A stretch of DNA of 64,000 bases from NCBI RefSeq assembly GCF_009914755.1, contig NC_060931.1; one strand, given 5' to 3'. The translations under genes and the position numbers were made by a program. Each line of letters begins with the position of its first letter. Positions within the stretch are counted from its first letter, which is position 1. This document shows, in pieces, positions 1 to 13,040 of this stretch. The notes beneath the pieces were generated by a model. It was given only the letters and a program-made list of their open reading frames with translations. It was not told where the DNA came from and ran no database searches. Source of the stretch: the human T2T-CHM13v2.0 reference genome, Homo sapiens.

Positions 1-748
1 AGTGATGAGAAGTGTTTATCTGTTGATAGAACAGCAGCAGCCTGAAGATTGACCCTGCCTGCAGCTTTGAACTGTTTGATTACTATTTGTCTTCTCCCCT
101 GCAGCTATCAAACAAGGGAAGCAGGTTTTGAAGGGGCAACAGTGAAAGAAGAAAGGGAAAAAGGTCTGCCCTCACCAGAGGAAAATGTTTCTTCCATATG
201 GTTTGCTTAGAAGCTATTTTGTCTCACCAAAAGGATAAAAAGTCTCTCCCATGCGTTGAGAGCAGGGAACATGTGAGTCAGGGAAATCGAGGGCTCTTGG
301 AGACCTAAGTGTTACTGCAGACTTACGCATGTGAAAGTTAGTACAAGGGCATAGGGCATGGCTGTTCACAATTTAGCTACTGGTCAGTGTTGTCCATCTG
401 GTAAACCCGACCAGAGGCAAGAGTTGCCGGGATTGTCTTTGATTTGTATAGGCAACAGCTTGGCTGAGTTTTATTAGAGCCATTGTTTTCAAATATTTTT
501 CTTATCATCTGAACTCTTTCATCAAATAAAATATCAATATATGAAACAGAGAGTAGCAGAGTTGCTCTGGTTGTAGTAGGGGAGAAGGCCTGGTCCCTGC
601 CTCCTATGCTTTCACCTTCCCTCTAATAGCAGATGCTCAAGCATCAGATTTCCCCCAGGAAATAACTCAGAAACCAAACAAGGAAAGGTGATTGGTGAGA
701 TCCCTTATCATCCTATTGTCCTGGGGCCAAGGAGAGTGATGCTTACAC

Positions 749-905
749 CAGTGGTTCTTAAAGTGTAGCCCAGACTGGAAGCATCAGGATTACCTGGAAA
801 CTTGTTAGACATACAAATTCAGAATCCAGATCTCTTAGGTGGAGCCCAGCAACTGTGTTTTAATAAGACCTGTATGTCAAGACCACCAGGGTTTGAGAAC
901 CATTA
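749..905. mobile_element. MER5A-like hAT-Charlie MITE
   Basis: Starts CAGTGGTTCTTAAAGTG and ends GGTTTGAGAACCATT (terminal inverted repeats); internal 'acctggaaacttgttaga...cccagcaactgtgttttaa' resembles MER5A. Confidence 0.75.
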
Positions 906-1849
906 CTAGAGCAGCATTTCCGATTTTAAGCTTTCTCAGATTCATTGCGTAGCTGGATCCTCAGAGAGGCAGGTACCACTTGCAAGGATGTTAATACAGG
1001 AAGCACCTGTAAGAGAAAATGAGACAGGAGCTGGAAAAGACTGAGAGCTGCTAAAACTCATGCATGTCTACTCTGAGTGGAGGAGAGAGGGAAGGAAGAT
1101 TGGGTGGAAGCATCCCAAGACATTAGTTCTAATATCTGGGTATCTTGTAATTGGTCTCCATTATTTGTCATTTCTCTTGCAAATCTCGTATTTTCCTGGA
1201 TTTTTTTTTTTTATGGCATGTTGGGGGCAGTTGAGTAAATTCAGTAAATGTTTTCTAGTCATGAATGATCTCTTGTAGAGACTCTGTATTTTGATATACT
1301 CCCCTGAATAGTGCTGTTTTTAAAAAATAGTCACTTAATTTTGCTGAACTCAAACTGTAAACTCTCTATCTCACACCTCAAATCTTGGGTTAGTTCTCAT
1401 TAGCTTTAGCTGTCAGTGCTATATGCACATCACAGGGGTCAGCCACAGTTGGAACAAAGTTTATAGACTCTGCATTTTGGGCTCCCTCCTTTCTGGAATT
1501 TCCCCTTCGCTTTCCAGTATACTTTTTTTTTAAACTGTAAGTGGTTTTCTTTTGGCATCATATTATCAAGGTACTCTATTCTAAGGAGTTTCACAGCAGT
1601 TTGAGCCTTAAGCTGATTTCTTTTGCTTTTGATTGTTTAAAAACTATAAACATTTGTTTTATTGCTTGAGCAAAATATGCCTTTCTACTGGCTTATACAT
1701 TCATAAAATCAAGACTTTAATATTCATCCTGTTTAGACATTATCAACATATATTTCCTGATGAGTCAATTGATTTATTCATTAATTCTTCAAACCATTGC
1801 CCCCTTCTCTGTCTACACTGTAGACATAGATTTCTCCATTACTCTAACA

Positions 1850-1966
1850 CATTGGTTCTCAAACCTTAGTTTACATCAAAATCATGTAGAGGGGCTGTAA
1901 TAACACAGATTGCGGGGCCTCACCCCAGCGTTTCTGATGCCGTAGGACCATTCTTTGAGAATGACT
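1850..1966. mobile_element. MER5-family fragment
   Basis: 'cattggttctcaaacctt...aacacagattgcggggcctcaccccagcgtttctgat...tttgagaatgact'. Confidence 0.65.
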
Positions 1967-1997
1967 TGTCTAACCCTGGTGAAAAATTATCATTTGC

Positions 1998-2083
1998 CAG
2001 AGACAGCCCCAGTTTTTGCACTGAAATTTCCATGTCCCTGAAAATCCCTTAGTCCTGGGAAAACCAGGAAGACTGGTCACTTT
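1998..2083. mobile_element. MER94-like hAT-Blackjack fragment
   Basis: 'ccagtttttgcactgaaatttccatgtccctgaaaatcccttagtcctgggaaaaccaggaagactggtcac' resembles MER94. Confidence 0.6.
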
Positions 2084-2089
2084 GTCTAA

Positions 2090-2275
2090 CACACTTGGCA
2101 GTACATTGAAAACTCCTGAGTACTTTTCGAAAATACTGTTGCTTCCCACTCCTCACTCTTCTTAGCCCCACCTCCACCCCTTGCCTTCTATTTAATGGGT
2201 TTGGGGTGTGGTATGGGTATCTGGATGTTTAAAAGCTGTCTAGGTGATTACAATTAGAGGTTTGTCAACCACTGC
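2090..2275. mobile_element. MER5B-like fragment
   Basis: 'ttaatgggtttggggtgtggtatgggtatc...aaaagctgtctaggtgatt...gtttgtcaaccactg'. Confidence 0.55.
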
Positions 2276-2350
2276 TCTAATCACAAGCCTCACCCCTCAT
2301 TGGAAGAGTTTGGTACTAGCTATTCCTTCACCTGGAACATTTTTCCTCTT

Positions 2351-2512
2351 CAGTGGTTCTGTCCTGATTATTAGCATCAGCTGGGGAACATTTAGAAAAT
2401 ACCAATGCTCAGGCCCCACCTCCCAAACCCAGCAAAATGAGTCTCTGAGAATATAGCCAAGGCATTGGTAGTCTTCAACTCAGGCGATTCTCTTAGGCAC
2501 TCAAGAATGGGA
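2351..2512. mobile_element. MER5-family fragment
   Basis: Starts CAGTGGTTCT; contains 'gcatcagctggggaac...aatgctcaggccccacc...gagtctctgag...aggcgattctc'. Confidence 0.6.
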
Positions 2513-2659
2513 AGTCTTGTGATCTTCTCATAGCTAGCTCCAGTCATGCAATAAAAAAGACCTATCATTCCTATCCATGCCATTTAAATTCACCCCCACC
2601 TGCTTTCCCTGATACTTGTCAGTTTCTGATATTTTCTTTTTCATTTAATTCTGTTTATT

Positions 2660-2900
2660 TTTTCCTTTCCCAAATAGAATGTGAACTCCATGAAAGCAAG
2701 AGCTTTGTCTTATTTATCACAGTATTACCAGTTCTCAGAAGTGTCTAGAACATGTAAGCACCCAATAAATGTTAATTCATGCCTGCAATGTATTGAGTAC
2801 CGTGCTTGGCTCCAGGGACAGTACAATAATGAACAACAACAATAATGACAACAACAGACAAAACAGTAATCCTTTCTGACCTCATAGAGCTTGCTGTCTA
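2660..2900. mobile_element. Two L2 3'-end fragments in opposite orientations
   Basis: + strand 'tagaatgtgaactccatgaaagcaag...caataaatgtt' followed by - strand 'tattgagtacc...ctcatagagcttgctgtctagtgg'. Confidence 0.55.
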
Positions 2901-4469
2901 GTGGACTACTTCTTTTTTTTTTTAAATAACTTTTTGTGATCTGCCATTAGAACCTCAGAAAAGTAAATGGTGAAATCAATCGAGGGGACACATTTCACCA
3001 CTTGAAGACCGCCACTGACACCTCACCTTTTCATGCAGTTACCAGCATCATGTTTCCATGGTTAAATGAACTTAGTGATCTATAGAAACTGAAGTAACAT
3101 TTCAACCCTGCCTTATGACAACCTGAGCCATGGTTTCTGGGCTTTGTGAATTTCTTCTGTTTTCACTGGCAACTTGGGGCCGTTGAAAAGCTGGGAGACA
3201 ATGCAGCTTTCACCCCCACACGTCAGGCCCACGATGGAATCCCCCTGGTGGTCCAAGGACAGAGCTGAGTCTTCCTGCTGTGGTTGGGTTGCAGGAAATA
3301 CTCTGCAGTCTTTCATTTCAGCCAGACAGACACATGAAAGGACCCAGGAACACAGAGAAAACATGTAAACAAGTCACATCTATTTTTATGGAAACAGACA
3401 TAAATGGTGTGGGGGTGTCGTAGCACGTGGGTGTCTAGATTCCAGAGGGCTTTAGTCAGGAGACAGTGTAATGCTCAAAGCAGAAATTTAAATGAAGGAG
3501 GAACTTTGTTGGACAGGTCAGGACTGGAGCATTTCAGGCCACGTGAATGACATTGCAGAGTCTTGAGGACCTTAGCTGACATACCCAATGTGAGGCCAAA
3601 GCACATAATCCCTGTACTGTTCTTAAGGAGTCCCACCTGGAGCAGAGTAGGATGGTTTAGGGATTAGGTAGAGTCAGCATTTCTTCCTCTTGCCTTTCCT
3701 CCTGAAATAATTCACCTATCAGGTCAGGTTTATTCTAAGATTAAAGAGATAACTGTAAAGTAACTTATCCAGTGATATGAAACAATCTGCATTGCCAAAT
3801 AGACACTGTGAGGAAAGAAACCTTAACTTTTGCCTAGATATCTAGTTTTATTATGTCTCTAATGATTAAGTCACTGGAAATGTTTCATCTAGAGCTTTGT
3901 TTTTGCAATGCAAAATTATAAAGAGAAATCCATTACGTGAGTGAAACATGAGCGTGAACAAGGTATATTTTTCAACATACAATACACAGAATATGCACAT
4001 AGTATATAATACTGTGTGTATATAGTACATATATATCATACATACATTTATCTATCTCTTGATCAATTAGTCTATCTCTTTCATATGAAATGATAGTTTG
4101 CTGAAAGGTAGAGACCATTCTATAATACTTAGAAAATATATTTAAAATATGTCCTATTAGCATTTAAACTATTTGTGTTATTCGTGAAGGAGGTTTAAGA
4201 ACAGTGCTAGAAGACTTGTAGCTTGCTTAGGTATAACATCTACCTAGCTGTATTGTCTTTTGAATTGCTTTCATTTTATCACACATATTTAACATTGCAT
4301 CTCCCAAAACCCAGGCCATCCTGTGAAAAGTCAAACCATAACTTCAGAATATCCCAGGTGGTGTATTTGGCCTTGCCTCAGTAAGAAATTAGACCATCAT
4401 GACTTCACAAAGCAGAGGCATTGTGGTGGGTAAAAAGAAAGGCACAGGACATTTCTTGATTAATATGTG

Positions 4470-4795
4470 CAGTCATGTGCCATGTATGATGTTTTGGTCA
4501 ATGACAGACCACATGGACGGTGGTTCTATGAGATTACAACTAAGTTTTTACTGTACTTTTTTATGTTTAGATACACAAATACCATTTTGTTACAATTGCC
4601 TACCGTATTCAGTACAGTGACATGTATAGGTTTGTAGCCTAAGAACAGGCTATACCATATAGCCTAGGTGTATAGTAGGCTATGTCATCTATTAATAGAT
4701 TTGTGTAAGTGCAGTCTATGATGTTTGCAAAATGATGAAATGCCTAACAACGCATTTTTCAGAAAGAATTCCTGTTGTTAAGCAACACATGACTG
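4470..4795 (-). mobile_element. Tigger3a (MER7A) TcMar-Tigger MITE, full length
   Basis: TIRs CAGTCATG...CATGACTG with TA on the right flank; internal 'ggctataccatatagcctaggtgtatagtaggctat' is characteristic. Confidence 0.85.
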
Positions 4796-4904
4796 TAATT
4801 GTAGATTAGTGTGAAGATGCACTAGCAAGACATTATGACACTGTATTTTACTTCATTAAGCAGTAAAAATCCCTGTTGTGTGCTTCGCTGTTTATTTAAT
4901 CATT

Positions 4905-5160
4905 AATTCGATACATATTTATTGAGTGTGTATTATGTACCAGGTACTGTGATAGGCACTGGGTATAATGGTTAAAATAAAATTTAAGAAAAACAGTTTA
5001 CAATTAACTTGTGGAGGTAGGAAATTAAAAACTCTATAATTGCAGGTATGGTTATACAAGAATGAAAATGGTACTATGAGACACTGATGTGAGGAACATA
5101 ATTTAGATGAGGAAATATGACACCTAAGTGACATGTAAGCCAGGAGGTAGTTAGCCAGCT
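4905..5160 (-). mobile_element. L2 fragment
   Basis: 'atttattgagtgtgtattatgtaccaggtactgtgataggcactggg' is an antisense L2 3' end. Confidence 0.6.
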
Positions 5161-6321
5161 AAGGAGTACTTTCCATTTCAGGGTTTCCAGAAAATCTGCA
5201 AACTTGACATACCTTGATTTACTTTCAAAACTAAAGGCAGAAGAGGTACAGTAACTTGTTGTTCTAGTTTTTATTGTTTTCTTGGGGAAAGATGTGGAAA
5301 TTAATTTTTCCCTAAAATACATTAATCATGAAGGAAGCCACATGGCGTAATTGTGGAGGGTTACTTTATTTTTCTTTCAAGATTGTGATTTTGTCATGCA
5401 TATTTAACACCTTATCTTCCAAATGATGTGTGTATATTTTTCCCCTGATATCTATCAAAGACCATTTGCAGAGGAAATAAAAAATAGGAACACCCATAGG
5501 CTAGAATATTTAAATAATTTCTGCAAGATGTAGTACAAATAGTGCCTAATTTATGGAGGCTCTGCTCATTTTGCCATTTACAGCCGGGAAAGAAAAGTCC
5601 ATCTGGAAAGTGACCAGAGAGAATCTCGAGGAGTCCAAGTCACTTCTTTATTTGTAAAAACTGGCCTAAGAAATTAAATAGAAGAGACTATTGGGCACAG
5701 AAATAAATGTCCCTGCTCCTGCATGACTAATCTGAGGAAATAAAACAGAGAAAGGAAACATAAAATAAAACAAGGAAGGAAATATATAATCTTTCTTCTT
5801 TCCACTTTGGTACTGAAAGTATTGAACAGGGACATGCACAATCTCACCCAGAACTTACTGTAAATTACAGTTCTGGACAAACAGACATCGCTCTCTATAA
5901 CAATAATAAGGAAAAGTCACCGAGAGAGATTACTTTCAGAAACAATAAAGAAATACAAAACCATTCCATTTTCTATAAGGTCATCACAGATTACAAGCTA
6001 AAATAGAGTCTGAATGTGGAGTCCATCCCCTTCAAAATGGTGTTACTTGCAGTACGGTGAAGTGCATATTTTGTTGGTATAATCTGTACGTGATTTCCTA
6101 ACTGAGGGCATATTAACAAATTGTGTACTGGTTTTAGTGTCTCTCAACAATGAGATATTTGAATTCCATTATTATTTCACAGGCAGAACTGAAATGAGTC
6201 AATATTTTGCCACTACACTATTATAATTGAGGCACAGGGTCTTGAGTTGAATATTTTTCATTAATAAAAGTCCCATAAACATAATTCATAATTTGGGTAT
6301 TTGATAATCTTCTATTTGTAG

Positions 6322-6345
6322 ACACTATTTTTACCTGTACTGAAG
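6322..6345 (+). other. Candidate 24-nt microexon (unverified)
   Basis: tcttctatttgtAG|ACACTATTTTTACCTGTACTGAAG|GTAAGC: acceptor plus near-consensus donor, length divisible by 3. Confidence 0.25.
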
Positions 6346-8334
6346 GTAAGCTTGTGGCCCAAACTTGGAAATGGAGTTCCTTTCTTCGTATGCTGGAGCA
6401 GAAGTCCTCCTCATCCTCTGTTAATTGCAGCTTCAAACATCCTCATCATTAGGTTGCTGGTGCAGAGCAAGTGCTCTGGCGTCGATAACTTCAGCTTTCT
6501 CTAATGACTTTGCTTCAACTTCCTCATCTATACATTAAGGAAACTCTTCGTAGCTTCCTCATTGGGTGAGCCCTTAACTCCATGGCCGTCACAGAGCACA
6601 TAGTCAGTATATATTAGCTCTGTATCCAAAAAGTTTAGAAAAGTGGTTTAATAATGTCAATACAGGGCATTTTCTATAATAGTAATGCTGGTATTATTAG
6701 TATATCCTAAATATTGTCATTTATTTTCATAAGCAATTTTGGATCAGTTGTGTTTTATGTATAAGTAAACATTTCTTAAAAATTAAATCAGCGTAATAGC
6801 AAAAACTGACTGTGAAAATACAGAACACAAAAACTAGCAGCTCAATAATTTGCCTTGCAACACAGTACCCTTAAATAACAACTAGCTGGTATTGGAAGCT
6901 AGTTGATTTCATTTTGAAATCAACAAATGAATTGAATGGGGTGGTACATCCGTAAAGGAAAATATACTTTAAAGTATTTAAACTCAAGTAAAGAGCAAAG
7001 GTGAGAAAACAGCCTTTGAAATCCTGTCATAAGGCAATATAAAAGTCAGAATCTTCATTGTTAATTTCAAGTGATTGAAGTTTTTTCTTGAGTATAGAGG
7101 GAGATAGATTTTTCAATTTTTTTTTTCAATTTTAGAAACTCTTCTTTCCTGTATGGATTGATCTTTCCTTGGCTTTTCTAATGAATACTTTTAGTGTTAT
7201 ACCTTTATCCTAAAGTGATCATTGAAAATCACATATCCTTTCCGTTGGTAGTTTAAATATGTCTTCCCTGGAATTGTATGATGATATTTAGTGTCATTGA
7301 GTCAATTATTTTACCTTCACATCCAGACAATTACATTTAAAATGAATTCTTAAACATTCAGAATTGAAAAGAAGGTTTCCACATTAAACCAATGGCTCTT
7401 TTGGCATCTACTACATGCCTTAATTTTTACCACATATGCATAAATTGGCAAAGTATCTTATGGGTTATAATAATCCTGATGGCTTGGAATTAATATATTG
7501 CCATCATAGAGCAAGTCCTGAGCCCATCTACTCTGAATCTTTGGATAAAGACAAAACTCCATCCTGCCATGCACCTGGTCAGTTGTGCAATGCTGACCAA
7601 TACACAGCTGCTAACAATAAGGGTATTGTGCTTATGTAACCCAGTTCAGGATCTGATGGTTAGTCTCTCGATACATGCTGAAACACGAGGGAATTTTTAC
7701 TTGCCAGGATGCCTGCTTCATGGAAAATATTGTGTCTATGTTGAAGCATACACTTACATCTCTCTATATAAGTTGGTGGAGTTGAATTCTACCAGATTAC
7801 CTTAGCTTTCCAAGTCAGTTCAGGGTTAAGGCTCTCTCAGTCAAGAAAAGGTCATACAGTGTGGCGTCGAATGTAATTTTAGGAATTGTTTTTTGAGCAC
7901 TTGTTTTATCAAGTTAACAAAAGTCTGTATTATGTTTCTTCTCATTGATGTGGGTGTGTCCTTGTGTGTGTATTATTCGAGAGAGGCTTCCATTTGTTGA
8001 GTGATCTTCATGCAAACATCTTGGAGTGCTTTACAAAAGAATTTTAAAAATCAAACCAAACAGGATATGAAACTGTGCTGCCAAACAAGTAAGTCTTTAG
8101 GCATGATTTAAATTTAGTTAATGACATAAAGAGCTAAATCTGTGAAAGGAAGAAAGTTCCTTGGATCAGAAAAAAAGCAGAAAACAGATACTCATATTTT
8201 GTCTAAGTCTTCATTTGAGTAGCTCCAAAAATGTTCTTTTAGAAGTGAAGTTGGAAAATCCCAGGCTAAGTGAACTCCAAGGAGCAGTGTTTTAGGGGAA
8301 AAGACCAGATAATAGTTCCCATGTGCATAGTGAT

Positions 8335-8535
8335 CTACAGATTGCAAAGTGTTTTCCCAGCCATTATCTCATTTGACCATCACAACACTCCATCAAAGTA
8401 ATTAAGGACAGTGTTACCCCAGTTTACAGATGAATAAACTGATGACAGGAGAAACTAAGGAATTAAATGAGGTGATAGAGCTAGATGGTGATAGAGCTGG
8501 GATTGGCATATGGATATTGTTCCAAATCCCATGTT
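8335..8535 (-). mobile_element. MIR
   Basis: 'cattatctcatttgaccatcacaacac...ccagtttacagatgaataaactga...gagctgggatt'. Confidence 0.65.
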
Positions 8536-9297
8536 GTATATACAGTAACATAAGGCTCCACTGTGGCGAACTATTTACACTGGATACTTTTCTCCTGCCA
8601 TTATAGCTGCCTTGGGAGTGATAGTAATGACTCTGACTTCCCAGGGTATCTTAACATTCTGCTTCCTCTCAGGAGGATCTCCTGACATTCTTGTGTAAAT
8701 GGAAAAGTAGAAAACCAGGATCTTCTAAGGCAAGTGCATTGTAAATGATAATTTCATGCCTTAATCTTTTCAAAACATTTAAACTGGCTTTGATGATTCA
8801 CCTTTAAACTCACCCTTCAATAGTTCTCAGAATCCTCCTTGAGAAGATGAAATTGGAATGATCCCATCAGCTCTGGCAGTTGTAGGTGGATTCTAATGGT
8901 AAGGGACTGTAGTGGGGAAAATGGCGAATTCTTAATGAGCTCCCTTTCTATTGCTGACTTGAACCAAATGTAGTTATCCTTGAACGTTTGAGGATTCTAT
9001 AAGCATTGTGGTTTCAGACAGTGAGTCATAACCTTGTGCCAGAGGGGTGGGTGATATAGTATCTGGATTGATTCATGAGACATATAGTGGCTTTTTAAGG
9101 TATATTCTGAAATGAGTCTTCCAGCAGTCAGGTTTCGTTGTTGTCGTCTTTGTTTTGCCTTCTTCTCTGAAAACACAATTATTTTCTCATTCAAGGTTTG
9201 GACTTTAAAAGCTTACTTTTTCCTTGAGACACCTTTAGCTTGAGACAAATCTAGGAAGAACATCGTTTTGTGATTCTGTAGATCTTTTGACAAAGTG

Positions 9298-9458
9298 GAT
9301 CCTCCTGCTTCAGCCTCCCTGACAATTACTTTATTTTTTGTAGAGGCGAGATCTTGATATGTTTCCCTGGCTGGTGTTGAACTCTTAGGCTCAACCCATC
9401 TTACCCCACTTGGCCTCCTAAAGTGTTGGGATTTCAGGCGTGAGCCACCACACATGCC
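9298..9458 (-). mobile_element. Old Alu fragment (AluJ/FLAM-like left monomer)
   Basis: 'tgtagaggcgagatcttgatatgtttccctggctggtgttgaactc...ggcgtgagccacc'. Confidence 0.8.
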
Positions 9459-9463
9459 TCTAA

Positions 9464-9765
<302 letters not shown>

Positions 9766-10024
9766 AACTTCTAAATTTCAATGACTTATTATTTTTTTTC
9801 TTTTACTTGCCAGACCTTGGTAATCATTTCTTCTTTTAAATTTTTTTAATATAATTGTCCAGGTGGTTCAAGATCCCCTAAAAGATGCTGTATCATTGCT
9901 TAAGGTAGAATGTCTTGCACAGAATAGGAGCTCAGTCGATGTCTGCTAATTATTAGTTTTTCCTGTTCTATATAGAATTATATAGTTTTAAGTGTTAGGC
10001 AATGTTTTTAACTTAGAACTTAAA

Positions 10025-10222
10025 ATGGAAATCACTATGATGATTAAAATATTCTATATCCTCATTGCCCAATATGGCAGCCACTAGCCGTTTTGCTTGA
10101 GCACTTGAAGTGTGGCTTCTGTGACTGAGGAACTGGATTTAAATTTTATTTAACTGTAATTAATTTAAATGTATAAAGCCACATGTAAGTAGTGGCTGCC
10201 AGACTGGATGATGCATGCTCTA
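10025..10222. mobile_element. MER3-like hAT-Charlie MITE
   Basis: 'ccaatatggcagccactagcc...ttgagcacttgaagtgtggct...gactgaggaactggatttaaattttatttaa...agccacatgtaagtagtggct'. Confidence 0.8.
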
Positions 10223-10439
10223 AGAATGTGCAGAATGGCAATCTAAATGTGAACTGTGAGTTAGAGAAGTCCTCCTGGAGGAAGAGGAACTTGGGTCTTG
10301 CAGAAGGGAAGCAGAGAGAAGGGGTGAGGTGTTTTAAGTAAGGAATATAGTAAAAGCTCTGAGGTGATTGACAGTGTTAAATTTGGGATTAGTTTCAAGA
10401 CTGGAAGTAGAGCAGAGTTTGAGCACTAGGGACAGTAGT

Positions 10440-10620
10440 AATAATAACAGCAGACACTTACCAATTTACAGGCCACATACTAGTTTAATCTTCACAACAA
10501 TACTCTAACTCGAAGAATATAAGTAATTTGCTCAAAGGTACAAGTTGATATTGGACCTGAGATTGGAACTCATATCTGTCTAGCTCAAAAACCTAAGCTT
10601 TTAACCACAATACTGTGCTG
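10440..10620 (-). mobile_element. MIR (degraded)
   Basis: 'tttaatcttcacaacaa...aagtaatttgctcaaagg...ggaactcatatctgtct...cttttaaccac'. Confidence 0.55.
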
Positions 10621-10658
10621 CCTTATGATCTGCCATGTTTAGAAAGACTTACAAGTAG

Positions 10659-11115
10659 GAAATAGCCTAAATGTCTTTTAACTGGTAAATGAGTAAACAA
10701 ATAATGGAATACATCCAATCAATGGAATACCACTTACAAATTTGAAAAGTAACAGAACTACAGATATATGTAACAACATGGATGAATCACAAATGTATTA
10801 TGCTAAGTGAAAGAAGCCAGAGGTGAAGAGCTATATACTGTATATTCCATTTGTATGACGTTCTAGAAATGGCAAAATTATAGAGACAGAAAACAGGCTC
10901 AGGAGTTGCCAGGAGCTGGCAGTGAAAGGCAGGGATTAACTATAAAGAGACACAACAGATTTTTTGGGGGACATGATGAAAATAGTGTGTATCTTGATGG
11001 TAGTAGTGGTTACATGACTATACATTTGTCAAAACTCAGAGAACTGTGAACAAAAAGGGGTGAATTTTACTGTATATAAATTGCACATCAGTAAAGTTGA
11101 ATGATAAACAAAGAC
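10659..11115 (+). mobile_element. Old L1M (L1ME/MD-like) 3' end, 5'-truncated
   Basis: ORF2 end and 3'UTR motifs 'aacatggatgaatcacaaatgtattatgctaagtgaaagaagccag...ggtgaattttactgtatataaatt'; flanked by direct repeat AGACTTACAAGTAG (10645-10658, 11116-11129). Confidence 0.85.
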
Positions 11116-11670
11116 AGACTTACAAGTAGATCCAAGTTTATTTTCTCAATATGTTAAGTTATTGTAACCAGGCTATTTTGAAAAATAAATAATTCTAAAA
11201 TTCTTGTGTCTAAACATGTCTTCATATTTATGATAGATATATAAATATATACAACACATATAATAGAAAAATGATGTAGAAATTAAAAATTCATAAAAGT
11301 GATGTGTGTGTGTACCTAAAGCAGTTAAATTTGCATTTAACATGAGTTGACACATTAAATGTTTATTCAATTTAGTGTTTATTTGTCATTGCCATGGCAA
11401 AGCAGTTGGAGGTGAAAGAGGAAGTGATGTTTTAATTAACATGATTGGTAAGATGTCATATGACTTATCCCATTTTCCTTTTATTGTGTTTAAATGAAAA
11501 TAGCTACCATATGAAATCATCAATCCTTTTAAAGCTTGCTTTAAAATTTTTCAATACATAATGGAATTTTCATTTTCACTCATATTTCACTTATATAAAT
11601 CACTTGTATGAGACAACAGTAAAATGGATATCTTTTAAACAGATATATTTATATCCTCCTTTTATATTTC

Positions 11671-12113
<443 letters not shown>

Positions 12114-12936
12114 TGCAAAATAAACTTCCTGAAGGTCTTATATCACTCTGTGTTCACTAGTTTTGTTATGTATTCATAAAACTATAGATTAGTATAATTT
12201 TTAGGCAGAGAGGACCTCAAAGTATTAACTCTCCTGGTCCATTATCTACAGGAGGTAAGGGGTTATCTGTGTTTTATAATTGAAGAGGTGACATACAGAA
12301 TTCTAACTTTCCCATGGTCACATTTCTAACGATTAGAGTTTTAGGTTTCAAGAGTGATTAATCTTAATAAAGAACTATAAACAATATTAATTAATGATTA
12401 TGATTTAAGCATTTCATTTGATTCTTTGCTTTAAGCATTTCTCTAGGTTCAAGGTTTAATACCATCATATTTAATAATACTGCAATAATCCTGGTTAATC
12501 TTAAAATAGTGTCACTAGGGAACATGTAAATTACAGGATATGTTATTCTTTGAATGAATTTCATCTACTATTGTGGAATTTGAGGTAATGAATCTGAAAA
12601 CAGTTTGAAGGCTATAAAGCACTTAACAAATGTTATTTTTTTCTTCTTTGTTTTTATCTGTCATTTGCTTGCCATTTTCCTTAGAATCTGGAGTAATATG
12701 CATACATTTGCAGAGAAAACTCATATCTGATATTTTTGCTTGCTAGGAAATAATTCTGTTTTGTACAAATAAATATATAATTATACATCAACATGTAGCA
12801 CATTTTCAAAGTATGATCTAATTAAAATAATCTAAATAAAATTTTTTCTAAACTGATACAAAACCAGTAATTGGTGTCATAGCAGCTTGTCACTCTGTTT
12901 AGTAATCTTGTAGTATTGTTTAAATATGTACATATA

Positions 12937-12965
12937 TGTGTGTGTGTGTGTGTGCTTGTGTGTGT
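12937..12965. repeat. (TG)n microsatellite, interrupted
   Basis: Read directly from sequence. Confidence 0.85.
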
Positions 12966-13040
12966 ATCCTTAAGACTGTGAGCCAAGACAATATTTTCTT
13001 ATGTACCTCCTTTTTCTTCTTATAATTCCACTTTAAAATA

